Positions 48,146 through 56,756 of a stretch of DNA of 64,000 nt are shown in pieces. The first letter of the stretch is position 1. Each line of letters begins with the position of its first letter. A program made the translations under genes and the position numbers. Origin of the DNA: Pseudomonas aeruginosa PAO1 (lineage in GTDB: Bacteria; Pseudomonadota; Gammaproteobacteria; Pseudomonadales; Pseudomonadaceae); the NCBI RefSeq assembly GCF_000006765.1, contig NC_002516.2; one strand, 5' to 3'. The notes beneath the pieces were generated by a model, which saw nothing but the letters and a program-made list of their open reading frames with translations, ran no database searches and was not told the origin of the DNA.

Positions 48146-49491
48146 GCGGACCGAAAGTCGTACGAATCGTCACCCGGGAAGAAGCCATCGCCACCTGCGA
48201 GCGCGACCTGCAACGCCTGGACAAGGCCCTCGCGCGCTGGGAAAACCAGGCCAGCCGGCTCGCCCAGCTCAGCGACGCCGAGCGCGCCGCCGCCCACGCC
48301 CGCCGCGCCAGCCTGCACGCCCTGCTCGAACAGGAACGCTGGCTGGACGTGCAACTACAGGTGAAGATCGAAAGCGAATTCCTCAAGCGCGACCTCGCCG
48401 AACGCGAAGAGCGCGCCATCCGCCAGGCCGCGGAAACGCGCCAGCAACACCGCCGCCTCCAGGAAAACGCCAGCGCCCTGCTCCAGGCCCTCGACGCCAG
48501 GCCCGATGCCGCCAGCGCGGCACTCCGGCAAACCCTGCATACGCTGGCCGACGGCGCCCTCCGCGACGACGCGGAAGCCCTGCTCGCCCAAGGCCTCGCC
48601 GCCCTCGCCAGCGCCCCCGCCGAAGAACGCCTCAGCGAAGCCCAGCGCGAACTCGCCCAGCGCCTGAAGACCGGCGAAACGCCCATGTCCCTGGAACAGT
48701 GGCGCGCCCGCCAGCAACAGGACGCCCCGCACGAACAGCGCCTGGCGCGCATCGACCGGCACATCGCCGAACTGCAACTGCTGCAAGGCGAGGCCAGCGC
48801 CCAAGCGTTCCTCGAGCGACTGGCACGCGCCGAAGCCGAACAGCGCCCGGAGCGCCGCAACCTGCTGCTCGACAGCCTGGTCCTCGACCTCGCCCAGGCC
48901 GCCCGCGAACACCAGCAGCAACGCCAGCGCCTGGAACACCTGCAAGACCTCGCCAGCGAAGTCGCCGCCCTGGGCGCCGCCGAACACGCCGAACTGCTCC
49001 AGCGCGCCGCCGCCTGCCAGCCCGACAGCGATCCGCAGCAACTCGCCGAACTCACCGAGCGATGCAACGCCATCCTCACCGCCCACCTCCAGCAACAGGC
49101 CGCCCTCGCCCGCCGCCAGGCCGTGCTCCAGGGCCTCGCCAGCCTCGGCTACGAAGTCCGCGAAGGCATGGCCACCGCCTGGGCGCAGACCGGCAGGGTC
49201 GTCCTGCGCAAACCCGCCACCCCCGGCTACGGCCTGGAAGTCGGCGGCAAGGCCGACAACGGCCGCCTGCAACTGCGCGCCGTCGCCCTCAACGCCAACC
49301 GCGACAGCCAGCGCGACCGCGACATCGAAACCCTCTGGTGCGGCGAATTCCAACGCCTCCAGGCCCTGCTCGCCGCCCAGGGCGGCGAACTCAGCGTGGA
49401 ACGCGCGCTGGGAGTGGGAGAAGTGGCGTTGAAGGAGATTGGCGAGGAGGAGCAGCGGGAGATGGGGGTGGCGCGGCAGAGGGGGTTGTGA
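48142..49491 (+). CDS. Coiled-coil hypothetical protein, 449 aa
   Basis: ATG overlaps the helicase stop (ATGA); long Ala/Gln/Glu/Arg heptad region and a compact C-terminal domain. Confidence 0.8.
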   Translation: MSGPKVVRIVTREEAIATCERDLQRLDKALARWENQASRLAQLSDAERAAAHARRASLHALLEQERWLDVQLQVKIESEFLKRDLAEREERAIRQAAETRQQHRRLQENASALLQALDARPDAASAALRQTLHTLADGALRDDAEALLAQGLAALASAPAEERLSEAQRELAQRLKTGETPMSLEQWRARQQQDAPHEQRLARIDRHIAELQLLQGEASAQAFLERLARAEAEQRPERRNLLLDSLVLDLAQAAREHQQQRQRLEHLQDLASEVAALGAAEHAELLQRAAACQPDSDPQQLAELTERCNAILTAHLQQQAALARRQAVLQGLASLGYEVREGMATAWAQTGRVVLRKPATPGYGLEVGGKADNGRLQLRAVALNANRDSQRDRDIETLWCGEFQRLQALLAAQGGELSVERALGVGEVALKEIGEEEQREMGVARQRGL

Positions 49492-49541
49492 AGGGGCCGG
49501 CTGGCGCCTCGGCGAGGCATTCGATCCGGGCAGTCCATCGC

Positions 49542-49570
49542 TTGACCCCTGGATGCCCCCTCGCTACCCT
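49542..49570 (+). promoter_or_regulatory. Sigma70-like promoter TTGACC-17-TACCCT upstream of the C4-like leader
   Basis: Read directly. Confidence 0.55.
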
Positions 49571-49608
49571 GCCGGCCAGGTGCTGAACACACCTTCTCTA
49601 GGCGGTTA

Positions 49609-49637
49609 GCCGCTCCCGAAAGCCAAGCGGTTTTTTT
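49609..49637 (+). terminator. Leader attenuator hairpin plus T7
   Basis: GCCGCT...AGCGG-TTTTTTT, with a competing hairpin GCGG-TTAG-CCGC just upstream. Confidence 0.6.
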
Positions 49638-49680
49638 GCGTCCATAAGTTTTGCAGGATCTAATCTTCGGTCATGCCCGC

Positions 49681-49768
49681 TTATGGCCGGGTGGCGCGCA
49701 GCCATACAAGACCCTTCGGGGGAAAACTGCGGGCCGTCCTAGAGCGGTGTTCAAGCGCCCGGCCGCCT
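49681..49768 (+). ncRNA. C4-like antisense RNA (phage P1 c4 / P4 CI type)
   Basis: Closing stem TGGCCGGGTGGCGC...GCGCCCGGCCG, internal hairpin CCCTTCGGGG, and CCTAGAG/GTGTTCA segments complementary to upstream and downstream CTCTAGG/TGAAC(AC) repeats. Confidence 0.7.
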
Positions 49769-49812
49769 CTCTGAACAGGAGGCGAAACTGAACGATCTCT
49801 AGGAAAAAACTC

Positions 49813-50037
49813 ATGACCATCAAGAAAGCTTCTCTTTCGAAGTCTCGGCATTTAAAAGTCGGTTATCAGCTTTATGAAAGCCGTCATAGCGACTGGGAAC
49901 GTCGTGGCAAACCACGGCAAATTCCCTACCTGCGGTTGAGTGGCGATTGGCTGGAGGCTGCGGGCTTTGAGGTTGGCTGCAAGGTGAGCATTCAGGTCAC
50001 CAGGCGGCGCCTTGTCATGCAAGTGGTTGAGGATTGA
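49813..50037 (+). CDS. symE: SymE-family type I toxin, 74 aa
   Basis: LKVGY...PYLRLSGDWLEAAGFEVG...IQV matches the SymE AbrB-like signature; AGGA RBS. Confidence 0.85.
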   Translation: MTIKKASLSKSRHLKVGYQLYESRHSDWERRGKPRQIPYLRLSGDWLEAAGFEVGCKVSIQVTRRRLVMQVVED

Positions 50038-50042
50038 GGCCA

Positions 50043-50081
50043 AGCGCCCCTCGGGCAGAGGGTATCTGCTCAGGGGGCGCT
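50043..50081. terminator. GC-rich hairpin after symE
   Basis: AGCGCCCC...GGGGCGCT outer stem with an inner GGCAGA/TCTGCT stem; no long U tract. Confidence 0.4.
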
Positions 50082-50659
50082 GGTTTCGCTATGAACCTTC
50101 ATCCCATTCTTGCCGCATCTCGCCCTGCGCACGCACGCTAGGCATCGATGCGAGCCAGCAAATGTACTTGCTTTTATCAGCAGACTTGAGCACGGCATCT
50201 TGCAATAACAGCTATCGATCTAGACAAGCATTCTTTTGCATCTAAATATAGTCATTTGTCATTCCCTACCCTCCTTATGGAGTTTGAGAAGAAGGATAAA
50301 TCTACTTAAATTCTTCAAACTCTTTAGATAGCTAAAACTGATAGCGTTATTCCGAATTCGCTCTGCTTGCCTCAGGCCGCCCTTAAACTCCCATGCGCCT
50401 TAGGGAAAAGGGCGCCGCTCAAATAACTGGAAAACCGAACACCAACCACCATATAATTTCATCATAGAATATTGAGCTGCAAGCTAAAGAATCAATGATA
50501 GATTCAACATGAGGCGCTACTGAGTTATCCAGCACAACAGAAAGCTTTTTCACCCATGTTTAACCAATATCTCTCTGCTGCTTTTATTTTTGGTGAGAGG
50601 TATAGTTATTTGGCTCTCATATATTTTGTGCGAGTTTGCTGTGCGGCGGTAGTCGTTGC

Positions 50660-51613
50660 TTACTGGATTGAGTATTCCTCAGGTACGTCCCAATCCTTAA
50701 AGCGCGCCTCGCCAGTCTGGTAAAACTGTTTGACCTGTTTAACGTAATTTAGGAAATCTCGATTCTCTGTGGCCAACCGGTTTGCCATATCCCAGTCAAT
50801 TGCGTCACGCTCACGCGCGGGAATCAGCACTTGACTGTCAGCGGGGTTATCTACATCTAGTCTGATGAAGCCAATACCATGCGCAGCAAAGAGCATTCGT
50901 AACTCTTTCAGTGTTTCCTGCCCACTGACTTCCGCCGCAACCAAGTAGCCAAAATTACTCCACGACGAATTCGATACCGCTTGGAAAAAGCATTCGCGTA
51001 TATTCGAGCGATTGATCAGCAACTTGACTTCAAAAGACCAAAGTTTGGTGCGCTTATCGGAATACTGCTTCACACAGTCACGTACCTCCCGGTGCCAATC
51101 TGCACCCAAGTCCTGCATGCCGACCATGTCCGGGTATAGCCATCGATTTCCATTCGGCCCGCGTTTGTTCGATGAGCGCTTCTCGTTGATGCGTTTGGAA
51201 AAGACGCCGAACTCTTCCCAGAGGTACTGAGAGAGCAGTGGGTACAATGCGTGTTCGTCAAGCATCGAAGTACCAATATCTGCTGCTGCCGTAGCGCCCT
51301 CACCCTCGGCGGCGGCCACTTCGGCACTGTCCGATTTTTCCGAGTAGTAATACTTGCGCGGGCGCCCTTCGGTGGTTTTCAACGCTGGATGCTTCATTTG
51401 CATACGGGGTCGCTGCGAGCTGATTTCCGCGACAAGCTGCTGCACCAAATCCGCATCCGACTTGATGTAGTCGCCTCGACTATTGGCCCGTTTTTCTTGG
51501 CACTCCGCGGGGTAAGTAGCGAACACCCACTCGGCGATCTGCCTGGCAGTGAATTTTTCCTCGGGCCGTACCTGCAAATAGCCCACTACCGCTTTTGAGA
51601 GATTCAGCGCCAC
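50660..51613 (-). CDS. HrgA/COG2958-like protein: N-terminal winged HTH plus PD-(D/E)xK nuclease-like domain
   Basis: YPDMVG...WSFEVK, FFQAVSNSSWSNFGYLV. Confidence 0.75.
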   Translation of the reverse strand: MALNLSKAVVGYLQVRPEEKFTARQIAEWVFATYPAECQEKRANSRGDYIKSDADLVQQLVAEISSQRPRMQMKHPALKTTEGRPRKYYYSEKSDSAEVAAAEGEGATAAADIGTSMLDEHALYPLLSQYLWEEFGVFSKRINEKRSSNKRGPNGNRWLYPDMVGMQDLGADWHREVRDCVKQYSDKRTKLWSFEVKLLINRSNIRECFFQAVSNSSWSNFGYLVAAEVSGQETLKELRMLFAAHGIGFIRLDVDNPADSQVLIPARERDAIDWDMANRLATENRDFLNYVKQVKQFYQTGEARFKDWDVPEEYSIQ

Positions 51614-51643
51614 GTTATTTCTCCATTCTTTCCTGCCACGATA

Positions 51644-52231
51644 TCACCGGTGAAGATTCACATTGACATGCACGACATGGATCAGCTCTGCGCTCACATG
51701 CCTGTGATCGCTGACATAAGCCCATTTCATCGGGTGATCGAATGTCGCTCCATGTTGATACGCGGGAAGATCGGCATCTGCCTTTTTACGCAGTCTGAGC
51801 ACTAGTTCAGCAATGCCAGGCTTCTTGAAGTACTCGACGACATAGCCACGGCCTTGCCGCCCAGTGGAGTAGCGGGAAACCAACTGTTCGATCGCCTGCG
51901 CGTGATACGTGGGTCCTGCATAGATCTTCGCCTCAGCCAGCCGCTGCTCTGGAAACATCATGCTCTCAGCCCTGATCGTTAGATCGACCCGCCCATTGCT
52001 GTATCCCTCACGCGTCACAGCAAGGCCCGGCATCCTCAAAGCTGCCGCTAGGAACGCGGATAGCTTTTCTTCGCTGTCAGCAGTTAAGTGATGGGCTTCC
52101 GCTTCCATGCGCTGAACACAATCCTCGAAATGACGGTCAAGAAAATCGTCGAACTCCTCCGCCGTTCTGGCTTGGAATAATTTTCGCAGCACTGGAAACC
52201 AGCCCAACAGTGTTTTCAGACTATCGCCCAT
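51644..52231 (-). CDS. Hypothetical protein with a restriction-endonuclease-like E..D..EAK motif (ATG 52231)
   Basis: SEEKLS, GRVDLTI, LAEAKIY; start overlaps the hsdR stop. Confidence 0.7.
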   Translation of the reverse strand: MGDSLKTLLGWFPVLRKLFQARTAEEFDDFLDRHFEDCVQRMEAEAHHLTADSEEKLSAFLAAALRMPGLAVTREGYSNGRVDLTIRAESMMFPEQRLAEAKIYAGPTYHAQAIEQLVSRYSTGRQGRGYVVEYFKKPGIAELVLRLRKKADADLPAYQHGATFDHPMKWAYVSDHRHVSAELIHVVHVNVNLHR

Positions 52232-55200
52232 GCGCAATCCTCTGTGCATCTTGAAGCGCCCAACGAATCGACAGGCATTCGGCCCAGTCGTCGCCCTCCG
52301 GATCTTTCTGCGCCAATAAGCGCACTTCGTCGAAACTCATCGTCTGTGGAGTATCCGTGCTGCCTACACGGACAAACTCTCGATTCAGGATTCCGACATC
52401 GTGGGCCGATAACAGATTCAGAACGGGAAACAGAACATGGCTTACCGACAACCCGCTGGTTTCTTCGATGAGGGCGAGATCGGCAATACCCAGACTGTTC
52501 CTTCCTCCCGCTGCCAATCTATCCAGTAGCATATCCACGGCTTGTGACCAGACCACCGCAGCATCGAATCTGTCTCGAACAATGTCCAACGCACGCATAC
52601 GGACATCCTCTACCCCATGGGCAGGGTTCTGCTGGTACGTCACATCGAACACCATGTCCGTCAGCCAGCGTTTGAAATTCGGGTTGTCGCTGAACTGCTT
52701 GAACAATTCTGTGTGGTCGGACAGCAGCTCCAGCACAACCCGGTTGAGTGCCTTGTCGTGCTCCAACTTGGCGTTCTGGCGGTCGGAGTTGACCTGCGCG
52801 TTCTGATACGCTTTGTCCTGCGCCACGCGCACCGGAATTTCCTCGGCGATGACCTTGCCGATTTTGTCGGCATCCTTCCAGTCGATGTTGCCGAAAAGAT
52901 CGTTGAAGGTTTTGAGGATGTTCGACAGCTTGTCGATATCCGGCTCGCCCTTGCCGCCACCGCCACCGACCGGAGCCACTTCGACTGTGGCGTCGGTATC
53001 GTCCATCGCCATCTTGAGTGCAGCCCGTGCTTCAACACGGTAACTGTCGATGTCGATGGATTCGAGTACACCCTTCGACAGATCCTCTTCCTTCGGCGCG
53101 GGCAGCTTCGGGATCAGGAAATTCAGGAAGATCGACAACTTCTCCCATGCCGGATGGCCGTAGCTCAGGATCGCGGCGAGGAAGCCGTAGCTGCGTACAA
53201 AGGCTTTGGCCTTGCCCTTGAACTCGACCTGGTTGTCCTCGTCCAGATTGGCTTGGTATTGCTCGACGCAGTGATCGAGGATGGGATCGAGTTTGTCGCG
53301 GTCGGCACCACTGAGATACAGCGCCACCAAGTCCTCTACCTGCGGCCAGCTGTAGATCTGCTTGTCATCCAGATCGGCTTTCAGGTCATGCAGCTTGTTG
53401 GCATCGGTTTCACCGGTCTGGATCGTAGCGCGGTAGTAGTCCTGGAACGCCTTCTTCACAGCTTCGGCGTTGTCGGCGAAGTCCAGCACGAAGGTGTCAT
53501 GCTTTTGCGGGTGCGCTCGGTTCAGGCGCGATAGCGTCTGCACCGCCTGTACGCCCGCCAGCTTCTTGTCCACATACATCGTATGCAGCAGCGGCTCATC
53601 GAAGCCGGTGACGAATTTGTTGGCGACGATCAGAAAGCGATACGGGTCTTGCCTGAGCCTGTCCGGAATCTCCTTGCTCGGGAAATCGTTGAGGTCGGCC
53701 TCGGTCTTCTTTTCGCCGCCAATCTCGAACTCGCCCGAGTACGCGACGATGGCTTTGTACGGGCTCTTGATCTGTTCGAGATAATCCGACACCTCGCGCC
53801 AGTAGTCGATGGCCCGTGCAATGCCATTGCAGACGATCATTGCCCGCGCCTTGCCACCGATCTTCTTGGCGCCCATCACCTGTGCGACGAAGTGATCAAC
53901 CATGATCTCCGCCTTGCGCCGGATGGCCTTGTCGTGGGATTCGACGTAGTGGCGGATCTTTTTCAAGGCCCTGGCCTTGTCGAAGTCCGGATCGTTCTCC
54001 ACCGTCTTGGCGACCTGGTAGAAACTGTCCAGCGTGGTGTAGTGGGCAATCACGTCGAGGATGAAACCCTCCTGTATCGCCTGTTTGGTGGTGTAGGTCA
54101 GTTCCTCTGGCGAGCGGAATTCCACCTTGTCGTCCACCACGGTCTTCTCGCCGAACAGTTCCAGTGTCCTGTTCTTGGGCGTGGCGGTGAAGGCGAAGTA
54201 GCTGGCGTTGGACAGCATCCGACGCGACTGAATGCGCTTCTCGATCTCGGTGTTCACCGCGTCCTGCGTCGCGTCTTCCTCGAAAGCCTCCTCGTCGGTC
54301 TTGCCGGAAAGGGCTTCATGCATCCTGGCCGTGGTCTTGCCGCCCTGGCTGGAGTGCGCCTCGTCGATCAATAGCGCGAACGTCCTGCCCGACAGGTCGC
54401 CGATTTCTTCGAGGATGAAGGGAAACTTCTGCACCGTGGTCACGATGATCTTCCGGCCCCGGCGCAGGTAGTCGCGCAGTTCCTGCGCGTTGTCGGAATG
54501 GCCGAAAATCGAAGCCACATGGTCGTAGCCCTTGATGGTGCGCGCGATCTGCGTATCCAGCGCACGCCGGTCGGTGATGACGATGATGGAATCGAACTGC
54601 GGCATCAAAGGGTCGGCTACGCTGCGCAACTCCACCAACTGGTGCGCCAGCCAAGCAATGGTGTTGCTCTTGCCGCTACCTGCCGAGTGCTGGATCAGGT
54701 AACGCTTGCCCACACCGTCGCTGCGAGTGCGGCGCAGCAGGGCGCGCACGGTGCGCAACTGGTGGAAGCGGGGAAACACCGGCTTGCGCTTTTTCTTCTT
54801 CCGCCCTGTGGTGGCGTCGGTTTCCTGCTCCTCCACCACCTGCGCGAAGCTTTCGATGATGTTGGCCAGCGATTCCTTGGCCAGCACCTGCTTCCACAGG
54901 TAATCGGTCTTCAAGCCGTTGGGGTTGGGCGGGTTGCCCGCACCGTTGTTCCAGCCCTGGTTGAATGGCAGGAACCACGACGCCTTGCCCTTCAGCTCCG
55001 TGCAGAAATACACCTCGGCATCGTCTACCGCGAAGTGCGCGATGCAGCGCCCCGGCTGGAACAGCAGCTCCTGCGGGCTGCGTGTGCTCTGGTACTGGAC
55101 GATGGCATCGGCCACGGTCTGCTTGGTCAGCGAGTTCTTCAACTCGAAGGTCAGCACCGGCAGGCCGTTGACGAAGATCACCAGGTCGAGTTCGTTGCCG

Positions 55201-55661
55201 GAGTCGTGACTGTAGCGTACCTGCCGGGTGATGCTGAAGATGTTCCGGCCAAAGGCCTCGGCGGCGTTGGTGTTGCCCGGCGTGGGCAGCAGCCTGTAGA
55301 GATCGACCCTCACCGGCCCATGGCTTACGCCCTTGCGCAGCACATCCACCACACCGCGCTTGGTGATCTCGCCTTGCAGGCGATGCAGGAACTGTGTGCG
55401 CTTGATGCCCTCGTGCGCCAACTCCAGCGTTTCCACCGCATCAGGCTGCGTGGCTTGCAGAAAGGCCAGCAGTTGCACGGTATCCAGCGCCACATCGCGG
55501 TTGAAATCCGTCGCTCGGCCCAGTACGTAGCCGCCCAGTGCATAGATGGCCCCCGGACTCTGTACGGCATTTGGAGGAACGGAAGCATGCTCGCTGATAC
55601 CCGCCAGGTGGCGCACGATCAATTGCTCCAGTGCCTTCTCGCTGGTATCGGTGGGTTTCAT
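52221..55661 (-). CDS. hsdR: Type I restriction endonuclease subunit R, 1146 aa
   Basis: Nuclease DLVIFVNGLPVLTFELK, Walker A QHSAGSGKS, DEAH, FTATPK, TGFDEP. Confidence 0.95.
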   Translation of the reverse strand: MKPTDTSEKALEQLIVRHLAGISEHASVPPNAVQSPGAIYALGGYVLGRATDFNRDVALDTVQLLAFLQATQPDAVETLELAHEGIKRTQFLHRLQGEITKRGVVDVLRKGVSHGPVRVDLYRLLPTPGNTNAAEAFGRNIFSITRQVRYSHDSGNELDLVIFVNGLPVLTFELKNSLTKQTVADAIVQYQSTRSPQELLFQPGRCIAHFAVDDAEVYFCTELKGKASWFLPFNQGWNNGAGNPPNPNGLKTDYLWKQVLAKESLANIIESFAQVVEEQETDATTGRKKKKRKPVFPRFHQLRTVRALLRRTRSDGVGKRYLIQHSAGSGKSNTIAWLAHQLVELRSVADPLMPQFDSIIVITDRRALDTQIARTIKGYDHVASIFGHSDNAQELRDYLRRGRKIIVTTVQKFPFILEEIGDLSGRTFALLIDEAHSSQGGKTTARMHEALSGKTDEEAFEEDATQDAVNTEIEKRIQSRRMLSNASYFAFTATPKNRTLELFGEKTVVDDKVEFRSPEELTYTTKQAIQEGFILDVIAHYTTLDSFYQVAKTVENDPDFDKARALKKIRHYVESHDKAIRRKAEIMVDHFVAQVMGAKKIGGKARAMIVCNGIARAIDYWREVSDYLEQIKSPYKAIVAYSGEFEIGGEKKTEADLNDFPSKEIPDRLRQDPYRFLIVANKFVTGFDEPLLHTMYVDKKLAGVQAVQTLSRLNRAHPQKHDTFVLDFADNAEAVKKAFQDYYRATIQTGETDANKLHDLKADLDDKQIYSWPQVEDLVALYLSGADRDKLDPILDHCVEQYQANLDEDNQVEFKGKAKAFVRSYGFLAAILSYGHPAWEKLSIFLNFLIPKLPAPKEEDLSKGVLESIDIDSYRVEARAALKMAMDDTDATVEVAPVGGGGGKGEPDIDKLSNILKTFNDLFGNIDWKDADKIGKVIAEEIPVRVAQDKAYQNAQVNSDRQNAKLEHDKALNRVVLELLSDHTELFKQFSDNPNFKRWLTDMVFDVTYQQNPAHGVEDVRMRALDIVRDRFDAAVVWSQAVDMLLDRLAAGGRNSLGIADLALIEETSGLSVSHVLFPVLNLLSAHDVGILNREFVRVGSTDTPQTMSFDEVRLLAQKDPEGDDWAECLSIRWALQDAQRIAHGR

Positions 55662-56732
55662 GCGTCGTCTCCCTTCTTCTTGCCCGGCTTATTGTCGAGT
55701 TGGTGCGGCGGTTCGATCTGCTTGAGCAGACGATCGAAATCGCTTTCGAACAGCCTGTCCTGCACGATGCGGTATTTCTCGAATTCGCTTTCGGCGTGCG
55801 CCCTGGCGATTTCGGCGGTGACTCGGCCCGCGTCCTGCAGCACCTCGCGGTCAGTCGCTTCGATGAAGCGGTTCAGGCGCGTTTCCCAATCCTGCATGGT
55901 CATGGGGATCTTGCGCAGCGCCATGCTTTCAGCCACATCCAGATACGCGTTCACCAGCCGGGAAAGTTGCGCCATTTCGTCTTCGGTCAAATAGTTCTTG
56001 GCGACCGCCACATCGAACTTCTGGATTTTTCCTAATGACGCATCCGTCCACGTGGTCAGTCCCATATGCTGCTTGTTGGCGTCGGCGCGGGTATGGACGA
56101 CTTCTGCTGCCGTCTGCCCGTGGATGGCCCTGTGCAGCTTGTTCTGCACCGTGGCGAAGAAGCGTTTGGTGGCTTGCGCCGTCACGTCGTAGTCGATGGA
56201 CGTGGCGTAGATGTCGGTGATCTTCTGGTAGAACTTGCTCGGACAGGCGAATCTCGCGAACGCGCTGGAGCTGCTCCTCGAAGTAGCGTTCCGTCAGGAC
56301 GGAGCCACCGCTTTTCAGGCGCTGATCGTCCATCGTGTAGCCCTTGACGGCGAACTCCTCAACGATGGTCGTCGCCCACTTGCGGAACTGCAGGGCGCGT
56401 TCGGAATTCACCTTGTAGCCCACGGCGATGATGGCCGCGAGGTTGTAGTGCTGGGTGTCGTAGCTTTTGCCGTCGGAAGCAGTTATCCGAAATTTTCGGA
56501 TAACTGCTTCCGCCTGCAACTCGCTGTCGGAAAACACTTTCTTCAGGTGGTAGTTGACGGTGCGCACATCCACGTCGTAGAGCTGAGCCATCATTTTTTG
56601 CGTCAGCCAGACGTTTTCGTCGGCGTACACGGCCTCCACGCCGCCCTGCCCGGTGGCCGCAATGAACGTCAGGTATTCCGCCGCTGAGGAGCGCACCAGC
56701 GCGGTTTGCGTCGTTGTATCGGCCTTTTTCAT
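55658..56732 (-). pseudogene. RhuM-family protein with an apparent 2-bp deletion near 56237
   Basis: VWLTQKMMAQLY, HYNLAAIIAVGYKVNS, FRKWAT in frame 55929..56732; the continuation KFYQKITDIYATSIDYD...FFATVQNKLH is in frame 55658..56185. Confidence 0.85.
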
Positions 56733-56756
56733 GGGCGATCCAGTGGGCAGGCCAGA

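Noticed and set aside
49405-49491. Abrupt G-rich codon shift at the end of the coiled-coil gene, suggesting a replaced 3' end
   Set aside because: The frame stays open and the peptide is plausible; cannot be told from local composition bias without orthologues.
49495-49560. Possible degenerate duplicate of the tRNA-Pro 3' end (attL)
   Set aside because: Only scattered similarity (ATTCGA, GACCCC); no contiguous match to TGGTCGGGACGGAGTGATTCGAAC.
49540-49812. LexA box upstream of symE, as in E. coli
   Set aside because: No CTGT-N8-ACAG-like site seen.
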